Positions 1 through 7,808 of a stretch of DNA of 64,000 bases are shown here, one piece after another (within the stretch, counting starts at the first letter, position 1; each line of letters begins with the position of its first letter). The notes below the pieces were generated by a model. The model was not told the DNA's origin and searched no databases. It saw only the letters and a list, made by a program, of their open reading frames with translations. The DNA comes from Candidatus Marinacidobacterales bacterium (GTDB lineage Bacteria; Acidobacteriota; Vicinamibacteria; Marinacidobacterales; DATDRI01): positions 1,184,001 through 1,248,000 of the forward strand of contig CBDCNP010000002.1 in NCBI GenBank assembly GCA_965219415.1, in the 5' to 3' direction. Made by a program: the position numbers and the translations under genes.

Positions 1-753
1 ACCTTCCGGGCCGCCCAGTCGCAGGTAGTCGGGAATGATCTCCTCGTCCTCGAGGTCTTGAGTCCTTAGGCCCAGGCTCCGGCGGTGCATGTAAAAGCTG
101 ATTGCGGTGTTGCGCTCTTCAAAAGACTTGAAGAGAGTCATGATGGCCCTTCTCTGCTTGACGTACTCGGTGATTTTCCCGGAGCCGTTCCTGTCCTTCA
201 ATAGCAAGGCCTCGGCAACTTTGGCCGCGTACTCGATCTTTTCGGGATCCACGGATTCGGTTGCCCAGAACGTGACCGCGGACGTCTCGATTCGCTGGGT
301 GAAGATGTCGAGCGCATTCTCCTTTCTCGGTCGCTCTGCGAAGGCGATGATGATGAGCACTTGCTCCATGAACCCGTCTTCGTTCGTAGCGCGGACTTCG
401 GCGTAGTAGTGAGCCGGGTAGGCGGCAGGGTGCGCTTTCAGCGTAAGCTCGGCGGTGTCGGGATCGATCTCGACGATTTCCGTTGCATCGAGCTGTCCTT
501 CGCGCAGGTAGTTTCGGCGGTCGCCTCCGGGTACCGGTGGCGCCAGGCTCCACGTGATCTTCTTGGGATTCGGAAACACCAGCTCGATCTTGCCGACGAC
601 GTCTCCGATGTCGGTTGCCTTAGTGACCAAGAAGCGATCGAACTCGTCGGTGACTACGGGTTTCTGTGCGAAACCCAACCCCCCATTGAGGACGGCGGCG
701 GCGAAAACGAGCGTAAGGAACATCGCGTTGGCGGGAACTTTTTTGGGGGTCAC
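1..753 (-). CDS. Exported protein (partial, runs off the window start); paralog of the EEILH-motif protein at 3740-4966
   Basis: Absent from the ORF track and translated by hand. GTG at 753 with AAGGAG upstream, open to position 1: MTPKKVPANAMFLTLVFAAAVLNGGLGFAQ (signal peptide)...KITEYVKQRRAIMTLF...GLRTQDLEDEEIIPDY, which aligns with SIANAMADRNAVLALF...GVHTQDLRGYETIL of 3740-4966. Confidence 0.8.
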   Translation of the reverse strand, partial: MTPKKVPANAMFLTLVFAAAVLNGGLGFAQKPVVTDEFDRFLVTKATDIGDVVGKIELVFPNPKKITWSLAPPVPGGDRRNYLREGQLDATEIVEIDPDTAELTLKAHPAAYPAHYYAEVRATNEDGFMEQVLIIIAFAERPRKENALDIFTQRIETSAVTFWATESVDPEKIEYAAKVAEALLLKDRNGSGKITEYVKQRRAIMTLFKSFEERNTAISFYMHRRSLGLRTQDLEDEEIIPDYLRLGGPEG

Positions 754-764
754 TGCCCTTCTCC

Positions 765-1958
765 TTATTCGTCGCTCATCACGTCTTGCCGATGCCCCAA
801 TTTCCCCTCGACCACCATCGTGCCCAAGGCATCGAGGATCACTCGGCAGGCGAGCTGCGACGTGTTGTCGTTAACGTCATAGGGCGGCGAGACCTCGACG
901 ACCTCCATTCCACAAAGTCCCTCGGCCGCGATTAGGCGAACGATCTCTAGCGCCTCGCGTGGAGTCAGCCCGCCCGGTTCGGGTGTTCCGGTACCCGGCG
1001 CGAAGCCGGGATCGATAGAATCGATATCGAAGGAGAGATAGACAGCCTTCGCGTCCTTCCACGCTAGTTCGAGGGCGCGCGCCGCGGCCCCCTTCGGTCC
1101 TAGCTCTTCCAAGTCGGTCATGGTGAGCACGCTCGATCCACGCTCGCGCGCCACCTCCGAGCCCGGTCGCGACCCGTACCATCCACCGATTCCCATCTGC
1201 ACCAGGTTCTTCGGTGGACAGTTGGACAACCCCACATCGTGCATATGGCTGTGATCGCGGTGCGAACTAGGCAGGTCCGCACTCTCGTGTGCGTTGGTGG
1301 TCCAAAACCAGGGCGTGGTGTGCATGCGCTCATCCATGTCCATTTCCTGCATGTCGATGTGACGGTCGATATGGATGATCCCCACGTTTCCGTCGATATG
1401 CGGTGCGATGCCGCGTACGTTGGGGTAACCGAGGCTGTGATCGCCGCCGCAGAGTATCGGAAACGCACCCGAGGTAAACACATGGGATACCGCCATCGAG
1501 ACCTGGTCGAATGTCTTTTCGATGTTACCGGGAATCACGAACACATCGCCGGCGTCACAAATGTCGAGCTCTTCGAACAGATCGACCGCGCCATCGACGG
1601 AATAGCCGTCGTAGACCGCCGATATGCGACGCACGCCCTGCGGTCCGAAGCGCGTCCCCGGCCGGTAGGTTGTTCCGGTGTCGAACGGGATACCGACGAA
1701 CGCGGCCTCGTAGTCACCGACTTTCCGAACATCCTCGCAATATGGCGTCTTCATGAAAGTATTGATGCCGGCAAACGCGGGTTGATGGCCGCGGCTGAAC
1801 AATGAGATGGTTCGATCGTTGATGGACTTCGCCGCTTCGAGACCCAGCTCCAGCGTTCGTTTGATCTCCTCTTCCTGTTTCTTCTGGGAGATCCGCTTGA
1901 GGCGTTTGAGATTTCGGTTGCCGCGAAACTCGCCTGATTTATCTGACTTACTAGGCAT
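765..1958 (-). CDS. Ureohydrolase (agmatinase/arginase superfamily), guanidine hydrolase GdmH-like subfamily
   Basis: Motifs GLEAA-SI-DR, AGINTFMK, TTYRPGTRFGPQG, GGDHS, HIDRHID, DERMHT-PWF, SFDIDS-D, PGTGTPEPGG, EVSPPYD. The DRHxD/ERMH signature and N-terminal extension match cyanobacterial GdmH as recalled. Confidence 0.9.
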   Translation of the reverse strand: MPSKSDKSGEFRGNRNLKRLKRISQKKQEEEIKRTLELGLEAAKSINDRTISLFSRGHQPAFAGINTFMKTPYCEDVRKVGDYEAAFVGIPFDTGTTYRPGTRFGPQGVRRISAVYDGYSVDGAVDLFEELDICDAGDVFVIPGNIEKTFDQVSMAVSHVFTSGAFPILCGGDHSLGYPNVRGIAPHIDGNVGIIHIDRHIDMQEMDMDERMHTTPWFWTTNAHESADLPSSHRDHSHMHDVGLSNCPPKNLVQMGIGGWYGSRPGSEVARERGSSVLTMTDLEELGPKGAAARALELAWKDAKAVYLSFDIDSIDPGFAPGTGTPEPGGLTPREALEIVRLIAAEGLCGMEVVEVSPPYDVNDNTSQLACRVILDALGTMVVEGKLGHRQDVMSDE

Positions 1959-3552
1959 CGGTCTCCTCTAAACTCACGTCGTCCTGCGTCCACGCGCCAT
2001 CTATCAAACGCCAGGTGTCGCCCGGATTGCGATCGCGCAGCTCCTCGGGAAGTCGCGGCTCCCGCACATTGTCATAGCACTCGAGCATCGCGAAACGACG
2101 GACCGAGGCAGGGATTCCGACCGCGGTGAAGCCCGGATGGCCGGTCGCCGGGTACGGGCCTCCATGGTTCATGGCCGGGGTCACTGCTACTCCAGTAGGC
2201 ATCTTGTCGTTGAGCAGTCGGCCGACCCGCCTCCGTAGACGCCGCTCCACACGACCGTAGAGCCTCTCGTCCTCGCCCTGGGTGTCGGTGTAGACGGATC
2301 CCGTCAAGTTCCCCTCGAAACTGCCGGCGACTTTCTCCACCTCGTCGGCATCCTTCGCGACCACGAACAGGTTGGAGTTGCCGAAGGCTTCGGTTTGCAG
2401 CTTCTCTGGATCCCGCATGAAGGCTTCGCCCGTCGTGCGAAGAAGCGTGTTCTGGAAACGGCAGCCGCTTGCCTTGGTCTTCGAGCCTCCCGTTAAGAGC
2501 GTCGCACCCGCGGACTGGAGCGCTGCCACCGATTCTCCGATGCTCTTCAAGCCTCCGAGCCCGAGAAGCGGTGTCGGATTCACTTTCTCGAAGCGCCCTC
2601 GCATCTCTTCGATGAACTGCTCCGCTTCTTCGCCCTCTTGGAGCACGACGATGCCGGGGTTCGTGCAAAATTGCCCCGTGCCCATGAGCGCGGAGGTTTG
2701 AAACTCCTCGGCGATTTTCCCACCGCGCTCTTTCAAGGCACCCGGCAAAATGAAGACCGGATTGATGCTACTCATCTCGAGGTAGATGGGCTTTCCGGCT
2801 TGGTCGGCGGCGGCCTTCAAGGTCAATGCCGCTCTGCGCGAGCCGGTGTATCCGGTCGCACCGATCAGCGGATGAGAAACGAGGTACGCGCCATCTTTGT
2901 GATCGGTACGGTAAATCGTTTGCACGGTAGCGCCAGGCAGCCCGACCTCCTGAACCGCGGCGAACGCCTCTTCCGCCAGAAGCTGACTGGTCCGTGGGTG
3001 GCTCGAGTGCGCCTTGGCGATGACCGGGTTTCCGGCCGCGATGGCCGCGGCAAAATCTCCCCCGGCGACCCCGTTGAATGCCAGCGGGAAATTGTTGGGA
3101 CCGAAGACGGCCACCGGTCCTCCGAGCGGGCCGAACATCGAACGGATGTTGGTCTTGGTGTCGATGGTGGGCTCGGTCCAGCTTCGCTCGCGCGCCGCCG
3201 TGGCGGCCTGTCGGAGCTGATTGCTGGTGCGAGGCAGCTCGACGTCGGCCAGCCGTGGCGAGAAAGGAAGCGCCGTTTCGAGGTGGGCGGTCTCGGCGAT
3301 CTCCTTCGCCCGCTCGTCGATGCGATCGGCATAACGATCCAGAAACTCCCCGATCTTCTTGGGGTCGACATCTAGCAGTGCTTCCGCCGCCGAGCTCCCG
3401 GCAGCCAGCACCGCATCGACGTCTTTACGGCTGCTTACCGGATAGAGGGGACCGATCTTTTCGCCCGTCGACGGGTCGATCGCTTGAAAAGTCCCGGCCG
3501 CGTCCGCAGGCTGCCACTCACCATCTATTAGAACTTTCTCAGCGTTTTCCAT
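1951..3552 (-). CDS. NADP-dependent aldehyde dehydrogenase, 2,5-dioxovalerate (KGSA) dehydrogenase-like
   Basis: VFGPNNFPLAF, GGDFAAA, YTGS, EMSSINP, GQFCTNPG, EAFG, HGGPYPAT. Start at ATG 3552 (MENAEKVLIDGEW) or GTG 3573. Overlaps the ureohydrolase start by 8 nt, implying an operon. Confidence 0.9.
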   Translation of the reverse strand: MENAEKVLIDGEWQPADAAGTFQAIDPSTGEKIGPLYPVSSRKDVDAVLAAGSSAAEALLDVDPKKIGEFLDRYADRIDERAKEIAETAHLETALPFSPRLADVELPRTSNQLRQAATAARERSWTEPTIDTKTNIRSMFGPLGGPVAVFGPNNFPLAFNGVAGGDFAAAIAAGNPVIAKAHSSHPRTSQLLAEEAFAAVQEVGLPGATVQTIYRTDHKDGAYLVSHPLIGATGYTGSRRAALTLKAAADQAGKPIYLEMSSINPVFILPGALKERGGKIAEEFQTSALMGTGQFCTNPGIVVLQEGEEAEQFIEEMRGRFEKVNPTPLLGLGGLKSIGESVAALQSAGATLLTGGSKTKASGCRFQNTLLRTTGEAFMRDPEKLQTEAFGNSNLFVVAKDADEVEKVAGSFEGNLTGSVYTDTQGEDERLYGRVERRLRRRVGRLLNDKMPTGVAVTPAMNHGGPYPATGHPGFTAVGIPASVRRFAMLECYDNVREPRLPEELRDRNPGDTWRLIDGAWTQDDVSLEETDA

Positions 3553-3580
3553 GGGCGACACCAGTAGCCTCACCTCGCGC

Positions 3581-3685
3581 GATGTACAATATACATCAAA
3601 ATTTGAAAACTAGAACTATCCAACTCCTAAATACTTGAACACAGATGCGTTGTAGCCTTTTTCGGTAGATTGCATACAAAATCTA
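3581..3685. promoter_or_regulatory. Divergent promoter with two palindromic GntR/FadR-like operator candidates
   Basis: GATGTA-CAATA-TACATC at 3581-3597 and TAGATT-GCATACAA-AATCTA at 3666-3685 in an AT-rich intergenic region. Confidence 0.55.
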
Positions 3686-3739
3686 AAAAAATGGCTTCTC
3701 CTGTGATAAATAGTCTCGCTAGACTGGAGGAGTCGAAAA

Positions 3740-4966
3740 ATGTCAAAGTCGTCCGCACTCTTTTGGGTTCTTGCTTCACTTTCCCTTGCGTCTTGCGACG
3801 AACGGGCCTCTACTCGCCAGGCGCCGGCGCTACCGGACATCGACATCTCGGGTTCCGAAAACGGGATCGTCCCTCTGCCGGACGATGTGGACGATGTTTT
3901 CAAGGTTTTCGATCGCTACACCAAGGTCGTCGCGCCCAACGGTAAGCCGATTCATATCGTCATCGAGGAAGGCTACACCGATGAGCAAGCGGTCCATTCC
4001 CGAAGGGTCCTGGCACAACATCTAACCGACCTGCCTGGCTCCCGCTTCGGAAGCGACAAGTCCTCCATCGCCAATGCCATGGCAGATCGGAATGCTGTGC
4101 TCGCCCTGTTTTACAGCACGGAAACCATGCGTAGTGCTGCGGCGCGGCCGTTCTTCCGGTCCGGTGTCCACACTCAAGACCTGCGTGGGTACGAAACGAT
4201 CCTGGAGGGCACACCGGAGTATATGGACAACGAGGATCCCCCCAGAAACGCTTCCTATGAGGAGATCTTGCACTTCGTTCAAGCCCACGGCATCGATCCA
4301 GCGGACCCGGTGTTGACCGCGGCCCTCGACGAGGCCTTCGCCAACGCCCGGGAAAAGGACATCTACAAGCATGACGACGACGAGACCCACGAGTACTTCA
4401 TTTGCGGCTTAGAAGCATACTTCGACATGTGGCGTCACGACCCAACCGGAACAGGGATCCGAGAAGAGGAATACGTACCCATCTCCAGGAAGACATTGAA
4501 AGAGGTCGATCCGGCCATGTACGACATCATCGAAGGCTTCTTCGGAGACCGGTGGCTATACACCGCGGATGTCGATAGCGGATTCGAGGGCACGTTCTCA
4601 CTGGTCTATGACGAAGAAAACACTTACACGAATAAATCTCAGTTTCTCGTTCACGTCTCCCTGACCGGCGGGAAGAATTCGAATCTGATCGGGAACGGCT
4701 TCGACAACACCCTGACCGGTAATACCGGCGACAACAGGTTTACTCCCGGTCCAGGAAACGACACGCTGGACGGCGGCGAGGGCACGGACACCGCCGTCTT
4801 TTCGGGACCTTCGGCGGACTACACCGTCACCAACCAAGGGGACGTCGTCACCGTCAAGGATGAGAGCGCGGAGCGTGACGGCGAGAACGCGTTGCGCAAC
4901 ATAGAACGACTCCAGTTCACCGACAAGGTACTGACGACTGAGGAAGCAGCCGCTGGCCGTACTTGA
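3740..4966 (+). CDS. Lipoprotein with a zincin-like EEILH domain and C-terminal RTX/hemolysin-type Ca-binding repeats
   Basis: GGAGG RBS; lipobox SLASC; RNASYEEILHFVQ...HEYF; GNGFDNTLTGNTGDN, GPGNDTLDGGEGTDTAVF, NIERLQFTD tail. Confidence 0.75.
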   Translation: MSKSSALFWVLASLSLASCDERASTRQAPALPDIDISGSENGIVPLPDDVDDVFKVFDRYTKVVAPNGKPIHIVIEEGYTDEQAVHSRRVLAQHLTDLPGSRFGSDKSSIANAMADRNAVLALFYSTETMRSAAARPFFRSGVHTQDLRGYETILEGTPEYMDNEDPPRNASYEEILHFVQAHGIDPADPVLTAALDEAFANAREKDIYKHDDDETHEYFICGLEAYFDMWRHDPTGTGIREEEYVPISRKTLKEVDPAMYDIIEGFFGDRWLYTADVDSGFEGTFSLVYDEENTYTNKSQFLVHVSLTGGKNSNLIGNGFDNTLTGNTGDNRFTPGPGNDTLDGGEGTDTAVFSGPSADYTVTNQGDVVTVKDESAERDGENALRNIERLQFTDKVLTTEEAAAGRT

Positions 4967-4976
4967 GCTCTAAATC

Positions 4977-6377
4977 ATGAGTTACTTACGATTCGTTATC
5001 CCATTGTTTTGCCTTCTTTTCCCCGTCGAGGGGCTACTCGCTCAGAATCAGGAGACGGTGAATCCCGGGACGGTGATGCCGGGTGACTCCGTTGAGCTGC
5101 AGAATCAGATCCGGCAGGAGAAGTTCGATCTCTACCTGCCCGAGCTCATGCGTGAGCATGGTATCGACATGTGGATTCACGTCATGCGGCCATGGACGCC
5201 CGATCCGCTAGCGTTCGAGTTAGGCAGTGACTCCGGTGTGTTCGTTTTTACCGATCGCGGTGGCGACCGCATCGAGCGGGCTGCTTTCAACGGTGAAGTT
5301 CAAGACCCCAGCGTCTACGACATCGTCGCCGGAGATGATCCGGACGCCGAAAGCGCTGGGGCGAACGCATTCATCGACGGAGTCGCCGTCGAACAACCGG
5401 GAGGTCCGGAAACAGATTTGGATTTCAGATTCTCGGGGCCCCGCGAGTTCGTTGCCGAACGCGATCCCAAACGCATCGGCGTGAACTACTCGGAAAAGCT
5501 GGGGACGGCCGTTAGCTCGGAAAGGGCGCCGCTTACCGATGGCTTGTCGCACACCGACCACGTCCTGCTGGTCAAGGCGATTGGCGGCAAGTATGCCGAC
5601 CGCATCGTCTCGTCTGAGTATCTGATAATCGACTACTTGGCGAGAAGGGTCATGAAGGAAATAGAGCTCGCTCACCAGTTCGGACTGATAGCCGCAGACA
5701 ACCTGGACCGAGAGTTTGGCAAAGTCGTGCCGGGCGTCACCACTCTCGCGGACCTAGAGGGCAATGTTTTTCTGAGGGTTCCGGACGGAGACGAGCACCA
5801 CAAGAGCGACCCCGACCCCCATGTGCTCCGGGGAGGCGACCTTTTCACCATACTCCATGGAGCCAGAAATAGGATTTTCTTGGCGGACCTCGGCGGCAAC
5901 GCCTACGTGCTTCGCGAGGGAGAGACCGAGCCCCCTCCGGAGATAAAAGAGGTTTGGTCGCACGCGATGAGAACGCGTGAGATCTTGAAAGCCAACATCA
6001 AGGCGGGACGCACCGCTGGCGAAACACTCGAGATTCTCATTCGAAAGATTGAAGAAGCCGGATACTACTACAATCCGGTGGATCAGTATGACAAGACGGC
6101 CGATCCGAGCAAAACCCAAGTCCATCTCGACCTACATGCGGTCGGGCGAAGTGGGCTGATTGCTCCGCGGATCTCCCCTTTGGGCCCGGATTGGGAGCGG
6201 GACATGAAGATCCCCCTCCTACACACCTTTACGTTCGAATATATGATCCATATGCCAGTGCCCAAATGGGGTAAAGGTAAACACCTATATATCGCCTTCC
6301 ACGACGGGGCCGTTGTCACCGAAGACGGCATCGAGTTTCTGTATCCACCCGACCCAGGGATTCGCATCATCAAGTGA
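4977..6377 (+). CDS. Exported M24 (pita-bread fold, Xaa-Pro peptidase-like) protein, paralog 1, with altered metal ligands
   Basis: Signal peptide; LPELMREHGIDMW, FTDRGGDRIER, ERDPKRIGVN, DGLSHTD, AYVLREGETEPP, FEY, C-terminal YPP. Confidence 0.8.
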   Translation: MSYLRFVIPLFCLLFPVEGLLAQNQETVNPGTVMPGDSVELQNQIRQEKFDLYLPELMREHGIDMWIHVMRPWTPDPLAFELGSDSGVFVFTDRGGDRIERAAFNGEVQDPSVYDIVAGDDPDAESAGANAFIDGVAVEQPGGPETDLDFRFSGPREFVAERDPKRIGVNYSEKLGTAVSSERAPLTDGLSHTDHVLLVKAIGGKYADRIVSSEYLIIDYLARRVMKEIELAHQFGLIAADNLDREFGKVVPGVTTLADLEGNVFLRVPDGDEHHKSDPDPHVLRGGDLFTILHGARNRIFLADLGGNAYVLREGETEPPPEIKEVWSHAMRTREILKANIKAGRTAGETLEILIRKIEEAGYYYNPVDQYDKTADPSKTQVHLDLHAVGRSGLIAPRISPLGPDWERDMKIPLLHTFTFEYMIHMPVPKWGKGKHLYIAFHDGAVVTEDGIEFLYPPDPGIRIIK

Positions 6378-6389
6378 GGTACTCGCTCC

Positions 6390-7673
6390 ATGAATAAACT
6401 GCGGTTTTGGCTCCCTATCTTGTCCATCGTTTTTCTAGTCCAGGGCGCAAACGGACAAACCCTCACCCACGAGACTCTAGAAACCATGATGCGGCAGATT
6501 CGCAGGGACAAATTCGACCACGTCTTGCCTCGAGCCATGCGGGACAACCACGTCGATATGTGGGTGCACGTGGTGCGAGACCGCAATCCAGACCCCATTG
6601 CTCGGGACCTGGGCGGCGAGTCGGGCGTCTTCATTTTTACCGATCGCGGCGGGGAAAGGATCGAAAGGGCGGTACTGGGTGCAACCGATGAGGCCCTTTG
6701 GGAAGATGAGGCCTACGACGTTTTCGCAGGCGAGGAGCGGATCGAAGGGGAACCATTCTGGCAGCACGTCATTGGAGCGTTCGTGGCGGAACGGGACCCC
6801 CAGCGAATCGCCGTCAACTTCTCCTTGGAGAACGCGTTGGCCGACGGTATTTCGCATACCGACTACCTGACCCTGGTCGAGGCCCTAGGAGATAAGTACG
6901 CGGCGAGACTCGTCTCTTCGGAGCATGTGATCGGCGATTTCTTGGCGGGAATCGTGCTCGGCGAAATCGTGCTCGATGGCTATTTCGGATTGCTCACCAC
7001 GCAGATCATCAACGAAGAATACGCCAAGATCGAAGTCGGAGTTACCACATTGGCGGAAATCGACGGCAACGTCTTTGTCAGAGACCCGGACGGAAACGAG
7101 AACAACGGTAACGACTACGTGCTCCAGCCAGGTGACCTGGTGACGATTCTGAACGGCTCCGGTGAGGGATTCTTCGTGGCGGACCTAGGCGGAAATGGCT
7201 ACGTGCTCCGCGAAGGAGAGACCGATCTACCCCCAAGAGTGAAGGAGATCTGGAAACACGCGATGAACGTCCGCGAGATCCTCCGCACCAACATCAAGAT
7301 CGGTCCTACCGCAGGAGAAACGTTGGAGGCGCTTATCACGAAGTTGGAAGAGGCGGGTTACCTCTACATTGACAGAGATCGATACGACCCGAGCCTAGAG
7401 CCTATCAAGACCCAGGTTCACCTCGATCTGCACGCCCAGGGAAGACGGGATATGGACGCTCCCAGGATTTCCCCGCTCGGTGGAGACTGGCAGCGGAACA
7501 TGAGGATCCCGCTGTTCCACAGCTTCACTCTTGAATACATGGTCCACATGCCGGTACCGGAATGGGGCAAGGGAAAACACATGTACATCGCCTTTCACGA
7601 TGGTGCCGTCGTCACTCCGCGTGGCATCGAGTTCCCGTATCCGCCGGATCCGGGAATCCGCATCATCAAGTAG
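6390..7673 (+). CDS. Exported M24-fold protein, paralog 2 (tandem duplicate of paralog 1)
   Basis: Same motifs and a near-identical C-terminus (HMPVPEWGKGKHMYIAFHDGAVVT...YPPDPGIRIIK). Confidence 0.8.
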   Translation: MNKLRFWLPILSIVFLVQGANGQTLTHETLETMMRQIRRDKFDHVLPRAMRDNHVDMWVHVVRDRNPDPIARDLGGESGVFIFTDRGGERIERAVLGATDEALWEDEAYDVFAGEERIEGEPFWQHVIGAFVAERDPQRIAVNFSLENALADGISHTDYLTLVEALGDKYAARLVSSEHVIGDFLAGIVLGEIVLDGYFGLLTTQIINEEYAKIEVGVTTLAEIDGNVFVRDPDGNENNGNDYVLQPGDLVTILNGSGEGFFVADLGGNGYVLREGETDLPPRVKEIWKHAMNVREILRTNIKIGPTAGETLEALITKLEEAGYLYIDRDRYDPSLEPIKTQVHLDLHAQGRRDMDAPRISPLGGDWQRNMRIPLFHSFTLEYMVHMPVPEWGKGKHMYIAFHDGAVVTPRGIEFPYPPDPGIRIIK

Positions 7674-7718
7674 CGCTTCGACGGACTCGCGCCGGCCTAA
7701 GCCTGCCTACCCCGGCCA

Positions 7719-7808
7719 TTGGACTCATAACCCGAAGGTCGCCAGCCTTCGCCAGCGGCAAGGGATCAGCGGCTTCGGCCTGGCAAGCACATCCTGCCCC
7801 CGCCACCA
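7719..7808 (+). pseudogene. Degenerate 3' half of initiator tRNA-fMet (CAT) with a 48-nt insertion replacing part of the T-arm; att-like remnant
   Basis: TTGGACTCATAACCCGAAGGTCGC (7719-7742) and ATCCTGCCCCCGCCACCA (7791-7808) match the bacterial tRNA-fMet consensus TCGGGCTCATAACCCGAAGGTCGC-AGGTTCAA-ATCCTGCCCCCGCNACCA. Confidence 0.8.

Noticed and set aside
3574-3739. Guanidine riboswitch upstream of the guanidinase-like operon
   Set aside because: No paired ACGR hairpins or recognisable ykkC features. The ACGA at 24433 lacks the required stem.
7688-7808. Functional intron-containing tRNA
   Set aside because: The 5' half does not form acceptor or D arms, the anticodon stem is mismatched, and 48 nt is too short for a self-splicing intron.
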